Source of the DNA: a virus
Lineage: Duplodnaviria > Caudoviricetes
Reading direction: 5' to 3' (one strand)
Length of the DNA: 27,854 nucleotides
Virus record (IMG/VR): IMGVR_UViG_3300032287_001570
Coordinates: 1 to 27,854 of that record
The notes under the pieces are model-generated. The model ran no database searches and was not told the DNA's origin. It saw nothing but the letters and a program-made list of their open reading frames with translations. The position numbers and the translations under genes were made by a program. This document shows, in pieces, positions 18,105 to 26,276 of this stretch (positions are counted from its first letter, which is position 1; the number at the start of each line of letters is the position of its first letter).

Positions 18105-18214
18105 GTTGACGATATCTAAGGCAATAACACACAATCATTTCCCCTGTGTGTTAGGGAAACCATACTAGCAATGTCGTCAACAAGCCCTGCCTAGTTCCGT
18201 GCTAGGCAGGGCTT
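18105..18214 (+). ncRNA. Candidate structured RNA element (nested stems/pseudoknot plus 13-bp hairpin)
   Basis: GTTGACGATAT/ATGTCGTCAAC encloses TAACACACA/TGTGTGTTA, whose loop TTTCCC is complementary to the adjacent GGGAAA; followed by AAGCCCTGCCTAG/CTAGGCAGGGCTT. Confidence 0.45.
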
Positions 18215-18235
18215 CAACTATTAGAAGGAGGAAGT

Positions 18236-18688
18236 ATGGCAAGTAAAGGAATAAATATCAAAGTATCAAAAGAAAAACTTTTGATTGCTTTGGAAGAAAA
18301 ACTAAGTGAAGTGCATAGCAATCAAGCACTTTATGAGGCAGGAGTTGAAACACATAAAGATAACTGGAAAAATTATGAAGAAGCAATTAAGAAGATTGCT
18401 CTCAAAAATCTTGACTCAGTTACTGATGTGACTCAAAGTAGATGGCAATCTGATGATGACTTTACTGTGTTTGAGATTAAAGTAAAAATCGATAACACTA
18501 AGTTGCCAACAGAACCTAAAGAACCAACGCCTCCCTACAAGGGTGGTCGTGGATATGGCAGAAACTATGTGAGCAACGACTATGATGACATTGTTGCTGA
18601 TATAACTAATGCTATTCGTATGCTGAGATTGTCTGATGAAGATGTTGTTTCAACAGCAACTTACGCTTCAGTATCAAGGTACTTGTAG
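18236..18688 (+). CDS. Hypothetical protein
   Basis: Very strong SD AGAAGGAGG; 150 aa. Confidence 0.75.
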   Translation: MASKGINIKVSKEKLLIALEEKLSEVHSNQALYEAGVETHKDNWKNYEEAIKKIALKNLDSVTDVTQSRWQSDDDFTVFEIKVKIDNTKLPTEPKEPTPPYKGGRGYGRNYVSNDYDDIVADITNAIRMLRLSDEDVVSTATYASVSRYL

Positions 18689-18780
18689 TGGGTAAAGAAC
18701 TACAAGCAAAGTTAGATGCCATAGCACTAGAACTAGAGCCAGTGCTATGGCAAATACTAAAAGAAATAGAGGAGGAATAA
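18688..18780 (+). CDS. Putative 30-aa helical micro-protein
   Basis: GTG start overlapping the upstream TAG; MGKELQAKLDAIALELEPVLWQILKEIEEE; fills the gap exactly. Confidence 0.45.
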   Translation: MGKELQAKLDAIALELEPVLWQILKEIEEE

Positions 18781-19821
18781 ATGCATAATCTAGAACAGAT
18801 AAACGGTGAGACAGCATTCGTTGCTTACCGTCAACCAGGATGGCATGGACTAGGACAAGTAGTTGAAGAAGAACTAACTGCCGAGTCTGCTATTAAAAAA
18901 GCAATGCTTGATTGGGAAGTAGAACTACATCCCTTGTACTCAAGTGTTATGTCTGCTGATGGTGTTGAAGTTGTACCTGTTGAGGACAAGTTCGCAGTTA
19001 TCCGCAAGCATCCATTGCTTGGTGAACGTGATGCGTTAGGTGTAGTAGGTACTAGATACACACCTATTCAAAACAGGGAAGTGTTTAACTTTCTTGATGC
19101 GTTAGTTGATAGTGGTTCATCATACGAAACTGCTGGGTCTATTGATGGTGGTAAAAAGATATTCATCACCATGCGTATGCCTAACGGTATCCTTGTAGGT
19201 GGTAAAGATAAATCAGATATGTATATCTTTGCAACCACATCACATGATGGTTCGTTTAGTTTGTCTGTTGCATTGACAGCAGTACGTGTTGTGTGTCAAA
19301 ACACTTGGCGTATGGCACGTCGTGCATCACAGTACAAGCACACCATCAGACATACAGCAAACAGCAATAAGTCTATTGCTCAAGCACGTGATGTTATGCA
19401 ACTATCATTTGAGTATGGTGGTTTCTTACAAGAACAAGCAGATAAGTTAATCAAAACAACTGTTACTAACAGTGACGTTGATGACTTCTTATCTAAATTG
19501 TTTCCTGTCCCAGCAGATATTGCTACTGCTATGGGTAAGCGACCATTAGAAAAGAATGAACTAAAGGTTATCAACATGTTGGATAACAAAAAAGATACAA
19601 TTAAAAACTTGTATCATAATTCACCTGGTCAACAAATGTTAGACACAAATGCTTGGCGTTTGTTTAACTCTGTTACTGAGTATGCTGATTACTATTCAAA
19701 TGTACGTGGAAGCACAGCAAACAATATAAAGATTGCTAAGGATGCTCGTCGTGCTGAACGTGTTGTGTTAGCAGAAGGTGAAGTAATAAAGGACCGTGCA
19801 TTGGACTTGCTTCTGCAATGA
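18781..19821 (+). CDS. DUF932/DUF945 family protein (TIGR03299 phage/plasmid-like)
   Basis: PGWHGLG...LDWEV, VVGTRYTPIQNREVF, ETAGSIDGG, SHDGS, RVVCQNT, RHT and W..FN.VTEY.D motifs. Confidence 0.88.
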   Translation: MHNLEQINGETAFVAYRQPGWHGLGQVVEEELTAESAIKKAMLDWEVELHPLYSSVMSADGVEVVPVEDKFAVIRKHPLLGERDALGVVGTRYTPIQNREVFNFLDALVDSGSSYETAGSIDGGKKIFITMRMPNGILVGGKDKSDMYIFATTSHDGSFSLSVALTAVRVVCQNTWRMARRASQYKHTIRHTANSNKSIAQARDVMQLSFEYGGFLQEQADKLIKTTVTNSDVDDFLSKLFPVPADIATAMGKRPLEKNELKVINMLDNKKDTIKNLYHNSPGQQMLDTNAWRLFNSVTEYADYYSNVRGSTANNIKIAKDARRAERVVLAEGEVIKDRALDLLLQ

Positions 19822-20357
19822 CCGAAACATGGTGCTTCGCATGTTACGGAGCAGGCTATATAAAAGTAAGTGATATCAACATCGTGTGCCCTACCTGTCG
19901 TGGGCAGGGCACACTCAACAAAGGAGAGATACAAATGTCAGAAGAAAACAATCAAGAAGTGACTACACCTAGTCCTCTTGACGCAGTTCAGCAAGAGATA
20001 ACAAAGTTAAAGGAAGCATTAGAACAATCGCAAAATGATTTTCGTGCCAAGATTAACCAAGTTAATCAGATACGCGAGTCTGTTCATCAGTTCTTTACTG
20101 ACGCGTTTGACAGTAGTTATGATGACGCAACTATTAACTTAACTGATGTTAATGAGTTGTTATCAAGTATCGGTGCGTCTCAACTTGAACAAGAGTTCGA
20201 AGGTCGCGTCACGATTACTTATTCATTTACAGTTAAGGCTGAAGATGAAGATGACGCCAGAGCCAAAGTTGAAGAAGCCGTTGGCAATTTGGAAAATCAA
20301 ATTGACGCTGGCAATGATGACTCATACTCAGAAGAAAGTATTGAGGTTGAGTTCTAG
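19818..20357 (+). CDS. Hypothetical protein: short CxxCxGxG zinc finger in frame with an acidic coiled-coil protein (second strong start at 19935)
   Basis: CFACYGAG...CPTCRGQG, then SD AAAGGAG and ATG 19935 (MSEENNQ...). Confidence 0.65.
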   Translation: MTETWCFACYGAGYIKVSDINIVCPTCRGQGTLNKGEIQMSEENNQEVTTPSPLDAVQQEITKLKEALEQSQNDFRAKINQVNQIRESVHQFFTDAFDSSYDDATINLTDVNELLSSIGASQLEQEFEGRVTITYSFTVKAEDEDDARAKVEEAVGNLENQIDAGNDDSYSEESIEVEF

Positions 20358-21081
20358 TCTACCCAGACTGAGACGCAACAACGACAGGAAAACTGCAACA
20401 CTATCTATGCCAGATGGTAAGAGACCATTAGTAGCAAATACTTTTGGTCTCCCCTCTGGTAAATCTTTTTCATGTCCAGGTGCGACATCAGTCTGTCAGA
20501 AGATATGTTATGCAGGTAAGTTAGAAAAAGTATTTAAAAGCACACGTGAATTATTACTAGCCAATTGGGATGCTGTTCAAAACAAATCAATAGATGAACT
20601 AGAACAGATGATTCAATTTATGATTGATGATTTCAAATGGGAATGTGATAAGTACAATGCTGCTAAATACTTTCGTATCCATTGGGATGGTGATTTCTTT
20701 TCCGATGATTACACTAAAGCATGGCGTAGAGTAATCAAACATAATAAAGATGTACAGTTTTGGGTATACACTAGAGTATTTAGTGCAGCAGTATTATTAA
20801 AAGGTATACCTAATCTTAGTTTGTATTTCTCTGGTGATAGTGACAACAAGATGCAGGCAACAAAACTGTGGGACAAATACAAAGTTAAGATAGCCTACTT
20901 GTCTGACACTTTTGGTGAAGCAAAGGATGCGTTGATAGATATAACAGGTAGACCTGGTGCTGTATGCCCTGAGCAAACACGCCAGATTCCTCTGATATCT
21001 AAAGACGGTGGTGCCTGCTACACTTGTGGGTTATGTACAGAAAACAAAGCAAACGTAAGGTTTGCAATCAAAAAGAAGTAA
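20347..21081 (+). CDS. Gp88-like protein (mycobacteriophage gp88 family; Cys-rich, radical-SAM-like)
   Basis: FGLPSG..FSCPGATSVCQKICYA, FRIHWDGDFF, FWVYTR, NLSLYFSGD, CPEQ...CYTCGLC. Start set at TTG 20347 to avoid a long overlap. Confidence 0.75.
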   Translation: MSSSLPRLRRNNDRKTATLSMPDGKRPLVANTFGLPSGKSFSCPGATSVCQKICYAGKLEKVFKSTRELLLANWDAVQNKSIDELEQMIQFMIDDFKWECDKYNAAKYFRIHWDGDFFSDDYTKAWRRVIKHNKDVQFWVYTRVFSAAVLLKGIPNLSLYFSGDSDNKMQATKLWDKYKVKIAYLSDTFGEAKDALIDITGRPGAVCPEQTRQIPLISKDGGACYTCGLCTENKANVRFAIKKK

Positions 21082-21088
21082 ACGACAC

Positions 21089-21122
21089 GCAAGCAGGGGC
21101 TTCCTCCTTTCTCCCTGCTTGC
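21089..21122 (+). promoter_or_regulatory. Hairpin with anti-Shine-Dalgarno-like loop
   Basis: GCAAGCAGGG-[GCTTCCTCCTTTCT]-CCCTGCTTGC. Confidence 0.55.
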
Positions 21123-21130
21123 ACCACCCA

Positions 21131-21334
21131 ATGGTGAATATAGGGGACGAGAAAGTCCCTGAACATGTTAGTTATTCCAGCCTCATAGATTGGTTAAGTT
21201 GTGGCTGGATGTACTACTTATCCAGAATTAAACAAGTAAAAGAAACCCCAGCATGGTGGTTGTATGGTGGCACTGCTGTTCATAGAGCAACCGAAGTTTG
21301 GGACTTAGACAAGTGGAAAGACAACAACAAATGA
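21131..21334 (+). CDS. N-terminal part of a Cas4/RecB-like PD-(D/E)xK exonuclease
   Basis: HVSYSSL..W.SCGW.YYL.R...GTAVH.A.E is the typical N-terminus of this nuclease family. Confidence 0.78.
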   Translation: MVNIGDEKVPEHVSYSSLIDWLSCGWMYYLSRIKQVKETPAWWLYGGTAVHRATEVWDLDKWKDNNK

Positions 21335-21957
21335 ATGAGATAGAAAGTTATTGGCGTTCCGCTTGGGATAATACTGAGGTTGAGTTCCGTCAAAGATTAG
21401 GAGACGATGGGTTTGCCCAACCATTCAGGTCGGCAAACCCACGTCGACCAGAAGATAAAGCATGGTGGTACCAGAATGGTATTGAAATGTTTAAGAACTG
21501 GATTGACTGGAGAGAACGTGAGCAATGGGCTATATGGACATTGCCAAGTGGTGAGCCAGCAATTGAATTAACTATGAACATAGAACTAGATGGTGTCAAA
21601 GTTAAGATGACACTTGATAGAGTTATGGTCACACCAACAGGTGAGTTAATTGTTGTTGATGTGAAGACTGGTGCAAGGACACCGACCAGTACTTTACAAC
21701 TAGGATTCTATGCAGTAGGCATAGAAGTACTACACGGAGTAAGACCCCAACTTGGTGCCTATTGGATGGCACGCAAGAAGGATGTTACTCCACCAGTTAG
21801 CCTTGACTTTTACACAGTAGAGAGGTTAACTAAACTAGTAGGTAACTTTGACAGAGCAAGGAAGAATAAAATATTCATGCCGAACTTTAGTCATTGTAAT
21901 CTATGCGGATATAAAAACAGTTGCGATTGGTATGAGAAAAAGGAAGGACTAGGATAA
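21331..21957 (+). CDS. C-terminal catalytic part of a Cas4/RecB-like PD-(D/E)xK exonuclease
   Basis: IEL...LDRV...VVDVKTG...QLGFYA...CNLCGYKNSC; ATGA overlap with the upstream part. Confidence 0.85.
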   Translation: MNEIESYWRSAWDNTEVEFRQRLGDDGFAQPFRSANPRRPEDKAWWYQNGIEMFKNWIDWREREQWAIWTLPSGEPAIELTMNIELDGVKVKMTLDRVMVTPTGELIVVDVKTGARTPTSTLQLGFYAVGIEVLHGVRPQLGAYWMARKKDVTPPVSLDFYTVERLTKLVGNFDRARKNKIFMPNFSHCNLCGYKNSCDWYEKKEGLG

Positions 21958-22412
21958 TGTCCGAATCTAAAATACAAGTAAGTTTCAAACTACCTAATGG
22001 AACTATCCCACTATTCCGTGGTGATACAACAGAAGAAGTTGAAACATTAATAACAGCAGCAGTTACTTCTGAAACCTTTGTTGGTACATTAGAAGCATTT
22101 GCTGAAGCAGCAGGTATTGGTAAACCAACAAGTGCACCACAACCTGTATTTCAAAATCAACATGCAGTAGCAAATGTTGCTGCAGCGTTGGGTGGAACTG
22201 TCATCAGCGAGACAGCATCAGGTCCATTCAAGACTTGTTTGCATGGTCGTATGACAGCAATGCAAGGAGTATCTAAATTCCAAGCAGGTGAAATATACAA
22301 ATCTTATATGTGTCCTGCACCTAAAGGTGCATTGGATAAGTGTAAGAGTATCTCACTTAAAAAAGGTACAGCAGAATGGGAAGCATTCGTACCTGATAAG
22401 TTAGCGAAGTAA
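21957..22412 (+). CDS. Hypothetical protein with C-terminal CxHG..C..C motif (recombination/replication module)
   Basis: CLHGRM...YMCP...KC; sits between the nuclease and helicase; SD AAGGAAGG. Confidence 0.65.
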   Translation: MSESKIQVSFKLPNGTIPLFRGDTTEEVETLITAAVTSETFVGTLEAFAEAAGIGKPTSAPQPVFQNQHAVANVAAALGGTVISETASGPFKTCLHGRMTAMQGVSKFQAGEIYKSYMCPAPKGALDKCKSISLKKGTAEWEAFVPDKLAK

Positions 22413-23206
22413 TGCGTACATTACTTCGTGCAATAAACGGTAAAGATGTTGGGGGAGAACCACTCCCTCAGCATTTCCGTTCCTTCCAACAAGCAGATAT
22501 TATTTTGCGACGAGCAGAATTAAATCTGATTGCAGGTACCCCAGGTGCAGGTAAATCCAGTATCGCATTGGCGTTAGCAGTACAAACTAAAGTACCAACT
22601 TTATATATATCTGCTGATACTAATGCTCATACAATGGGTATGAGATTGTTATCTATGGCAACAGGTGTTACTCAGAATCATGCAGAACAAATGATTAAAA
22701 GCAATGACCAAAGAGTTGACCAAGTTATGAAACAGTTTGAAAACTTACACTGGGGATTTGATGCAACACCAACATTGAATGACATCGACGAGTTAGTCAT
22801 GGCGTTTGAAACCAAATGGGGTCAACCACCTGAACTAATAGTTGTTGACAACTTAATGGATGTTGCAATGGATGGACACGAAGAGTTCTCTGGTATGCGT
22901 TCAGCAATGAAAGAATTGAAGTACCTTGCCAGAGATACAAACGCCTGCATTCTTGTTTTGCATCACACAAAAGAAGGATTCATAGGCACACCATGTCAAC
23001 CAAGGTCAGCAGTTCAAGGTATGGTCAATCAGATACCTGCATTGATTCTTACAATTGGGCAAGAGATAATTGGTGACAGTACATATCTGTGTGTTGCACC
23101 TGTAAAGAACAGGTACGGCAAGGCTGATGCAACAGGTGGCTCATTTGTAATGCTGTCATTTGACCCATCAACCATGCAGTTAAAAGATGTACACACAAAC
23201 GACTAA
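22412..23206 (+). CDS. DnaB/RecA-fold replicative helicase
   Basis: Walker A GTPGAGKS, Walker B LIVVDNL, LKYLAR...VLHH, KNRYG arginine finger. Confidence 0.88.
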   Translation: MRTLLRAINGKDVGGEPLPQHFRSFQQADIILRRAELNLIAGTPGAGKSSIALALAVQTKVPTLYISADTNAHTMGMRLLSMATGVTQNHAEQMIKSNDQRVDQVMKQFENLHWGFDATPTLNDIDELVMAFETKWGQPPELIVVDNLMDVAMDGHEEFSGMRSAMKELKYLARDTNACILVLHHTKEGFIGTPCQPRSAVQGMVNQIPALILTIGQEIIGDSTYLCVAPVKNRYGKADATGGSFVMLSFDPSTMQLKDVHTND

Positions 23207-23226
23207 AGAAAAGCGGAGATAAAAAA

Positions 23227-23559
23227 ATGGCATTACCATTTATAGTAGTAAACGGACGTCTAACAGAAGACGTACAAGTTAAACAAGTCAACAATGATAC
23301 TGTAATGAATTACAGAATTGCTGCTAATCAAAGAAAAAAAGATGAAGCAACAGGTGAATGGGTTGACGCCAACACCACATACTTGGACGGAAGTATATGG
23401 GGTAAAGCAGCAGAAAATGCTAAGTCATTTAAGAAAGGTGACTCAGTCATTATTACTGGTGAACTTAAACAACGTTCATATGAAAACAATGAAGGTCAGA
23501 AAAGAACAGTATACGAAATTGCAACAGACACTATTGGTCTAGCAGTTAAGAGATACTAA
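23227..23559 (+). CDS. ssb: Single-stranded DNA-binding protein
   Basis: GRLT.D...YRIAAN.R...GEW...WGKAAEN...KGD.V.ITGELKQRSYE..EGQKRTVYEI; lacks the acidic C-terminal tail. Confidence 0.93.
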   Translation: MALPFIVVNGRLTEDVQVKQVNNDTVMNYRIAANQRKKDEATGEWVDANTTYLDGSIWGKAAENAKSFKKGDSVIITGELKQRSYENNEGQKRTVYEIATDTIGLAVKRY

Positions 23560-23900
23560 TGACAACCCCAAGTAAGCGTAAAGGTTCTAAAGCAGAACTT
23601 GATGTTGTAAAATATTTACAATCACAAGGCTGGAAGTATGCAGAACGACGCCTTGCTGGGGACAGAAACGACAAAGGCGATATCGCTGGAGTTAATGGTG
23701 TTTGTTTTGAAATAAAGAACAGAGCCAAGATAGACCTTGCTGGATGGGTAGAAGAAATGCTAATAGAAACTGTGAATGCTAAGGCAGACACAGGTGTAGT
23801 AGTTCATAAACGAAAAGGCAAATCAGATGTTGGACAGTGGTACGCCACATTAACATTTGAAATGTACATTCAACTACTCATCCAAGCAGGATATAAGTAA
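23559..23900 (+). CDS. Holliday junction resolvase (Hjc-like PD-(D/E)xK)
   Basis: SKRKGSKAELDVVKYL...DKGDI...FEIKN. Confidence 0.8.
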   Translation: MTTPSKRKGSKAELDVVKYLQSQGWKYAERRLAGDRNDKGDIAGVNGVCFEIKNRAKIDLAGWVEEMLIETVNAKADTGVVVHKRKGKSDVGQWYATLTFEMYIQLLIQAGYK

Positions 23901-24275
23901 TTGAAATTCCCCATTAAAGATGTATTACTTTACTACAAAGGTAAAGTACCACGTGATGGTTTCGGTTGGAAGAAAATGAAATGCTGCTTCCATGATGACA
24001 GCCATGCATCAGGACAAGTAAACTTTAGTGATGAATACTACATGTGCTTTGCTTGTGGTATCAAAGGTGACGCAATAGATTTAATTAAATATAAGGAAGG
24101 ATTAGATTATGCCAAGGCTGTCGAGTTCGCAGAAACAATTCTTAATCAGAGCGGCACAGACCTACGCAAAACACGTAGACAAAGCGTCAAGTTATTTGGA
24201 AGAGAGAGGTCTGTCCCTAGAGGAAGTAAGTCCATTCCATCTGGGCGTCGTGGAAGAGACACTACCAGGTCATGA
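23901..24275 (+). CDS. DNA primase zinc-binding (CHC2) subunit
   Basis: CCFHDDSHAS...CFACGIKGDAIDLI...EG. Confidence 0.85.
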   Translation: MKFPIKDVLLYYKGKVPRDGFGWKKMKCCFHDDSHASGQVNFSDEYYMCFACGIKGDAIDLIKYKEGLDYAKAVEFAETILNQSGTDLRKTRRQSVKLFGRERSVPRGSKSIPSGRRGRDTTRS

Positions 24276-24744
24276 GCAATACAAAGGTAGACTAAGCATT
24301 CCATACATGACAAGAAGTGGTGTAGTAGATATACGCTTCAGGTCATTAGACAATTCAGAACCTAAGTATCTTGGATTAACTGGTGCTGAAACAACATTGT
24401 TTAATGTTAATGCTTTATTCACAGCAGATAAATACTTATGTGTATGTGAAGGAGAGATGGACACAATAACAATGGCTGCTAAAACAAACCATCCAACAAT
24501 CGGTGCACCTGGTGCAGCCAGTTGGAAACAACATTACACCAGAATCTTAGAAGACTTTGATGTAGTATTGGTACTTGCAGATGGTGATGAAGCAGGGTTA
24601 GAGTTCGGAAAAAGAATACAAAGAGCAAGTGCAAATGTACGAATAGTACAAATGCCCGAGGGAGAGGACGTCAATAGTGTCGTCAGAAAACAAGGACCAG
24701 AGTTCATTAACAACCATGTTAAAGACGCCCTGGGAAATGAATAA
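24109..24744 (+). CDS. DNA primase TOPRIM subunit
   Basis: YLEERGL...GRLSIPY...PKYL...VCEGEMD...DGDEAG...DVN. Confidence 0.88.
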   Translation: MPRLSSSQKQFLIRAAQTYAKHVDKASSYLEERGLSLEEVSPFHLGVVEETLPGHEQYKGRLSIPYMTRSGVVDIRFRSLDNSEPKYLGLTGAETTLFNVNALFTADKYLCVCEGEMDTITMAAKTNHPTIGAPGAASWKQHYTRILEDFDVVLVLADGDEAGLEFGKRIQRASANVRIVQMPEGEDVNSVVRKQGPEFINNHVKDALGNE

Positions 24745-25033
24745 AAGTATCTATGACCTTATGGATGTAGATGCTGACATGTACATAAAGCCAGAGGTTG
24801 AGTCAGAAGAAATCATTGGCATCAATATGTACAAAGCATTGAAAGATGTTTACACAAAGTTACGTGAAGATAAAGAAGAAGGACTACGATGGCTAGATGA
24901 ACTGGGTAGAATGATAGTAGTAGGAACATTAGACCCAAGCAAGGCTCAAGAGTTCGTGCACGAAACCATGGTAGAAGAACACATGAGAAACCTAGATGAT
25001 GAACTAGAGAAATTAGGTAAAGAACTTGGATAA
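24737..25033 (+). CDS. Hypothetical acidic protein
   Basis: ATG 24737 in frame with track ORF 24677..25033; fills the operon gap. Confidence 0.6.
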   Translation: MNKSIYDLMDVDADMYIKPEVESEEIIGINMYKALKDVYTKLREDKEEGLRWLDELGRMIVVGTLDPSKAQEFVHETMVEEHMRNLDDELEKLGKELG

Positions 25034-25334
25034 CATAGAAGACTTTAAGTTCCAATCAGTCGCCATATATAACGAAGCATGGGAACTCTTAGTCAAAAAA
25101 CAATTAGACTATGGTCCAAAGAATATTGCCAGTGCCCCAGGAGGACCACTAAATGGACTCCTGGTACGCATGCATGACAAGATGGCAAGACTTAACCACC
25201 TAATCTATGAAGTTAAAGACACGCCACAGAATGAGTCAATAGAAGATTCATTCATAGACCTGCTAAACTATTCAGCAATTGCCCTTATGGTGCTTCGTGG
25301 CAAATGGTCAGGAGTTCCTAGTCAACAGGACTAA
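25026..25334 (+). CDS. DUF1599 / nucleotide-modification-associated domain 1 protein
   Basis: KKQLDYGPKNI...GLLVRMHDKMARL...ESIEDSFIDLLNYS.IALM. Confidence 0.8.
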   Translation: MDNIEDFKFQSVAIYNEAWELLVKKQLDYGPKNIASAPGGPLNGLLVRMHDKMARLNHLIYEVKDTPQNESIEDSFIDLLNYSAIALMVLRGKWSGVPSQQD

Positions 25335-25354
25335 AACTGACAACAAGAAAAATA

Positions 25355-25984
25355 ATGAAACACAACTACATAGAAGACTACGAATCACTTGTCGGTTATA
25401 TATCTAATGAATATGCTAAACGATATCGGATGGTTGACCGACAAGACATAAGGCAAGAACTGTGGTTATGGTTTGCAACAAGACCACAGAAAGTAAAAGA
25501 CTGGTACGAAAACTACCAACAAAAAGATAGAGACAAATTAATAAGCAGGTCTCTTAGAAATGCTGCTTTAAAGTTTTGCACAAAAGAGAAAGCCAAATCT
25601 GCAGGCTATGAAGTGCAAGACAATTTCTATTATGAACCACAAATCATAGAAGAATTTCTACCATACATTCTTACTGACTCTTACATGTTACCTGTTGGAG
25701 TTAATGATGTTAACTACAAACCAGACAGAAATGCTGTTGCTGAAAGCAACACATGGTTAGCAGTAAGAGCAGATATATCTGGTGCATTTGAAGCACTAGA
25801 AGAAAGACATCAGAATGTTTTAAGATTAAGATTCACTTCACTTAATACCACACTAGAAGATGTTGGTACTGAATTAAGTATCAGTGCTGATGCTGCACGT
25901 AAACGTGTAGACAGAGCAATACGTTCCATGATAGATGAACTTGGTGGTAAAAGACCTTACTCAGAAGCAGACCATGGCATCTAA
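25355..25984 (+). CDS. Sigma-70 family (ECF-like) RNA polymerase sigma factor
   Basis: Region 2-like DRQDIRQELWLW and region 4 HTH L.ERHQNVL.LRF...TLEDVGTELSISADAARKRVDRAI. Confidence 0.82.
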   Translation: MKHNYIEDYESLVGYISNEYAKRYRMVDRQDIRQELWLWFATRPQKVKDWYENYQQKDRDKLISRSLRNAALKFCTKEKAKSAGYEVQDNFYYEPQIIEEFLPYILTDSYMLPVGVNDVNYKPDRNAVAESNTWLAVRADISGAFEALEERHQNVLRLRFTSLNTTLEDVGTELSISADAARKRVDRAIRSMIDELGGKRPYSEADHGI

Positions 25985-26276
25985 AAAGAAAAAGAAAGGT
26001 GAAGATTACAGAGGAATACCAACACCTGTGTGTCCTAATTGTCAAAGTAATTGGTTTCGTATGACAGTTATGTTTGATGAAATAGGTTACATGCCAAGTG
26101 CTTATGCACTTGAAGATGCAGAATGTTTCAGATGTGGTGCATTAATTACTCCAGCAACACCGCTAGATAGAGAACCATATCCTCCATGCAAAGTATGTAA
26201 AGAGGAAGAAGGGCTAGTAGATGGATATTGTTGGGATTGTGACCCTGAATTTTATGATGATGAGGACTCTGAATAA
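25974..26276 (+). CDS. Hypothetical zinc-binding protein
   Basis: DYRGIPTPVCPNC...ECFRCG...TP.D...CKVC...CWDC. Confidence 0.7.
   Translation: MASKKKKKGEDYRGIPTPVCPNCQSNWFRMTVMFDEIGYMPSAYALEDAECFRCGALITPATPLDREPYPPCKVCKEEEGLVDGYCWDCDPEFYDDEDSE

Noticed and set aside
20146-20346. Upstream extension of the Gp88-like ORF
   Set aside because: Overlaps the preceding gene by ~210 nt; family-like sequence begins only after TTG 20347.
21131-21957. CRISPR-Cas system or mini-array associated with the Cas4-like gene
   Set aside because: No regularly spaced direct repeats or other cas genes; solo Cas4-like nucleases are common in phage recombination modules.
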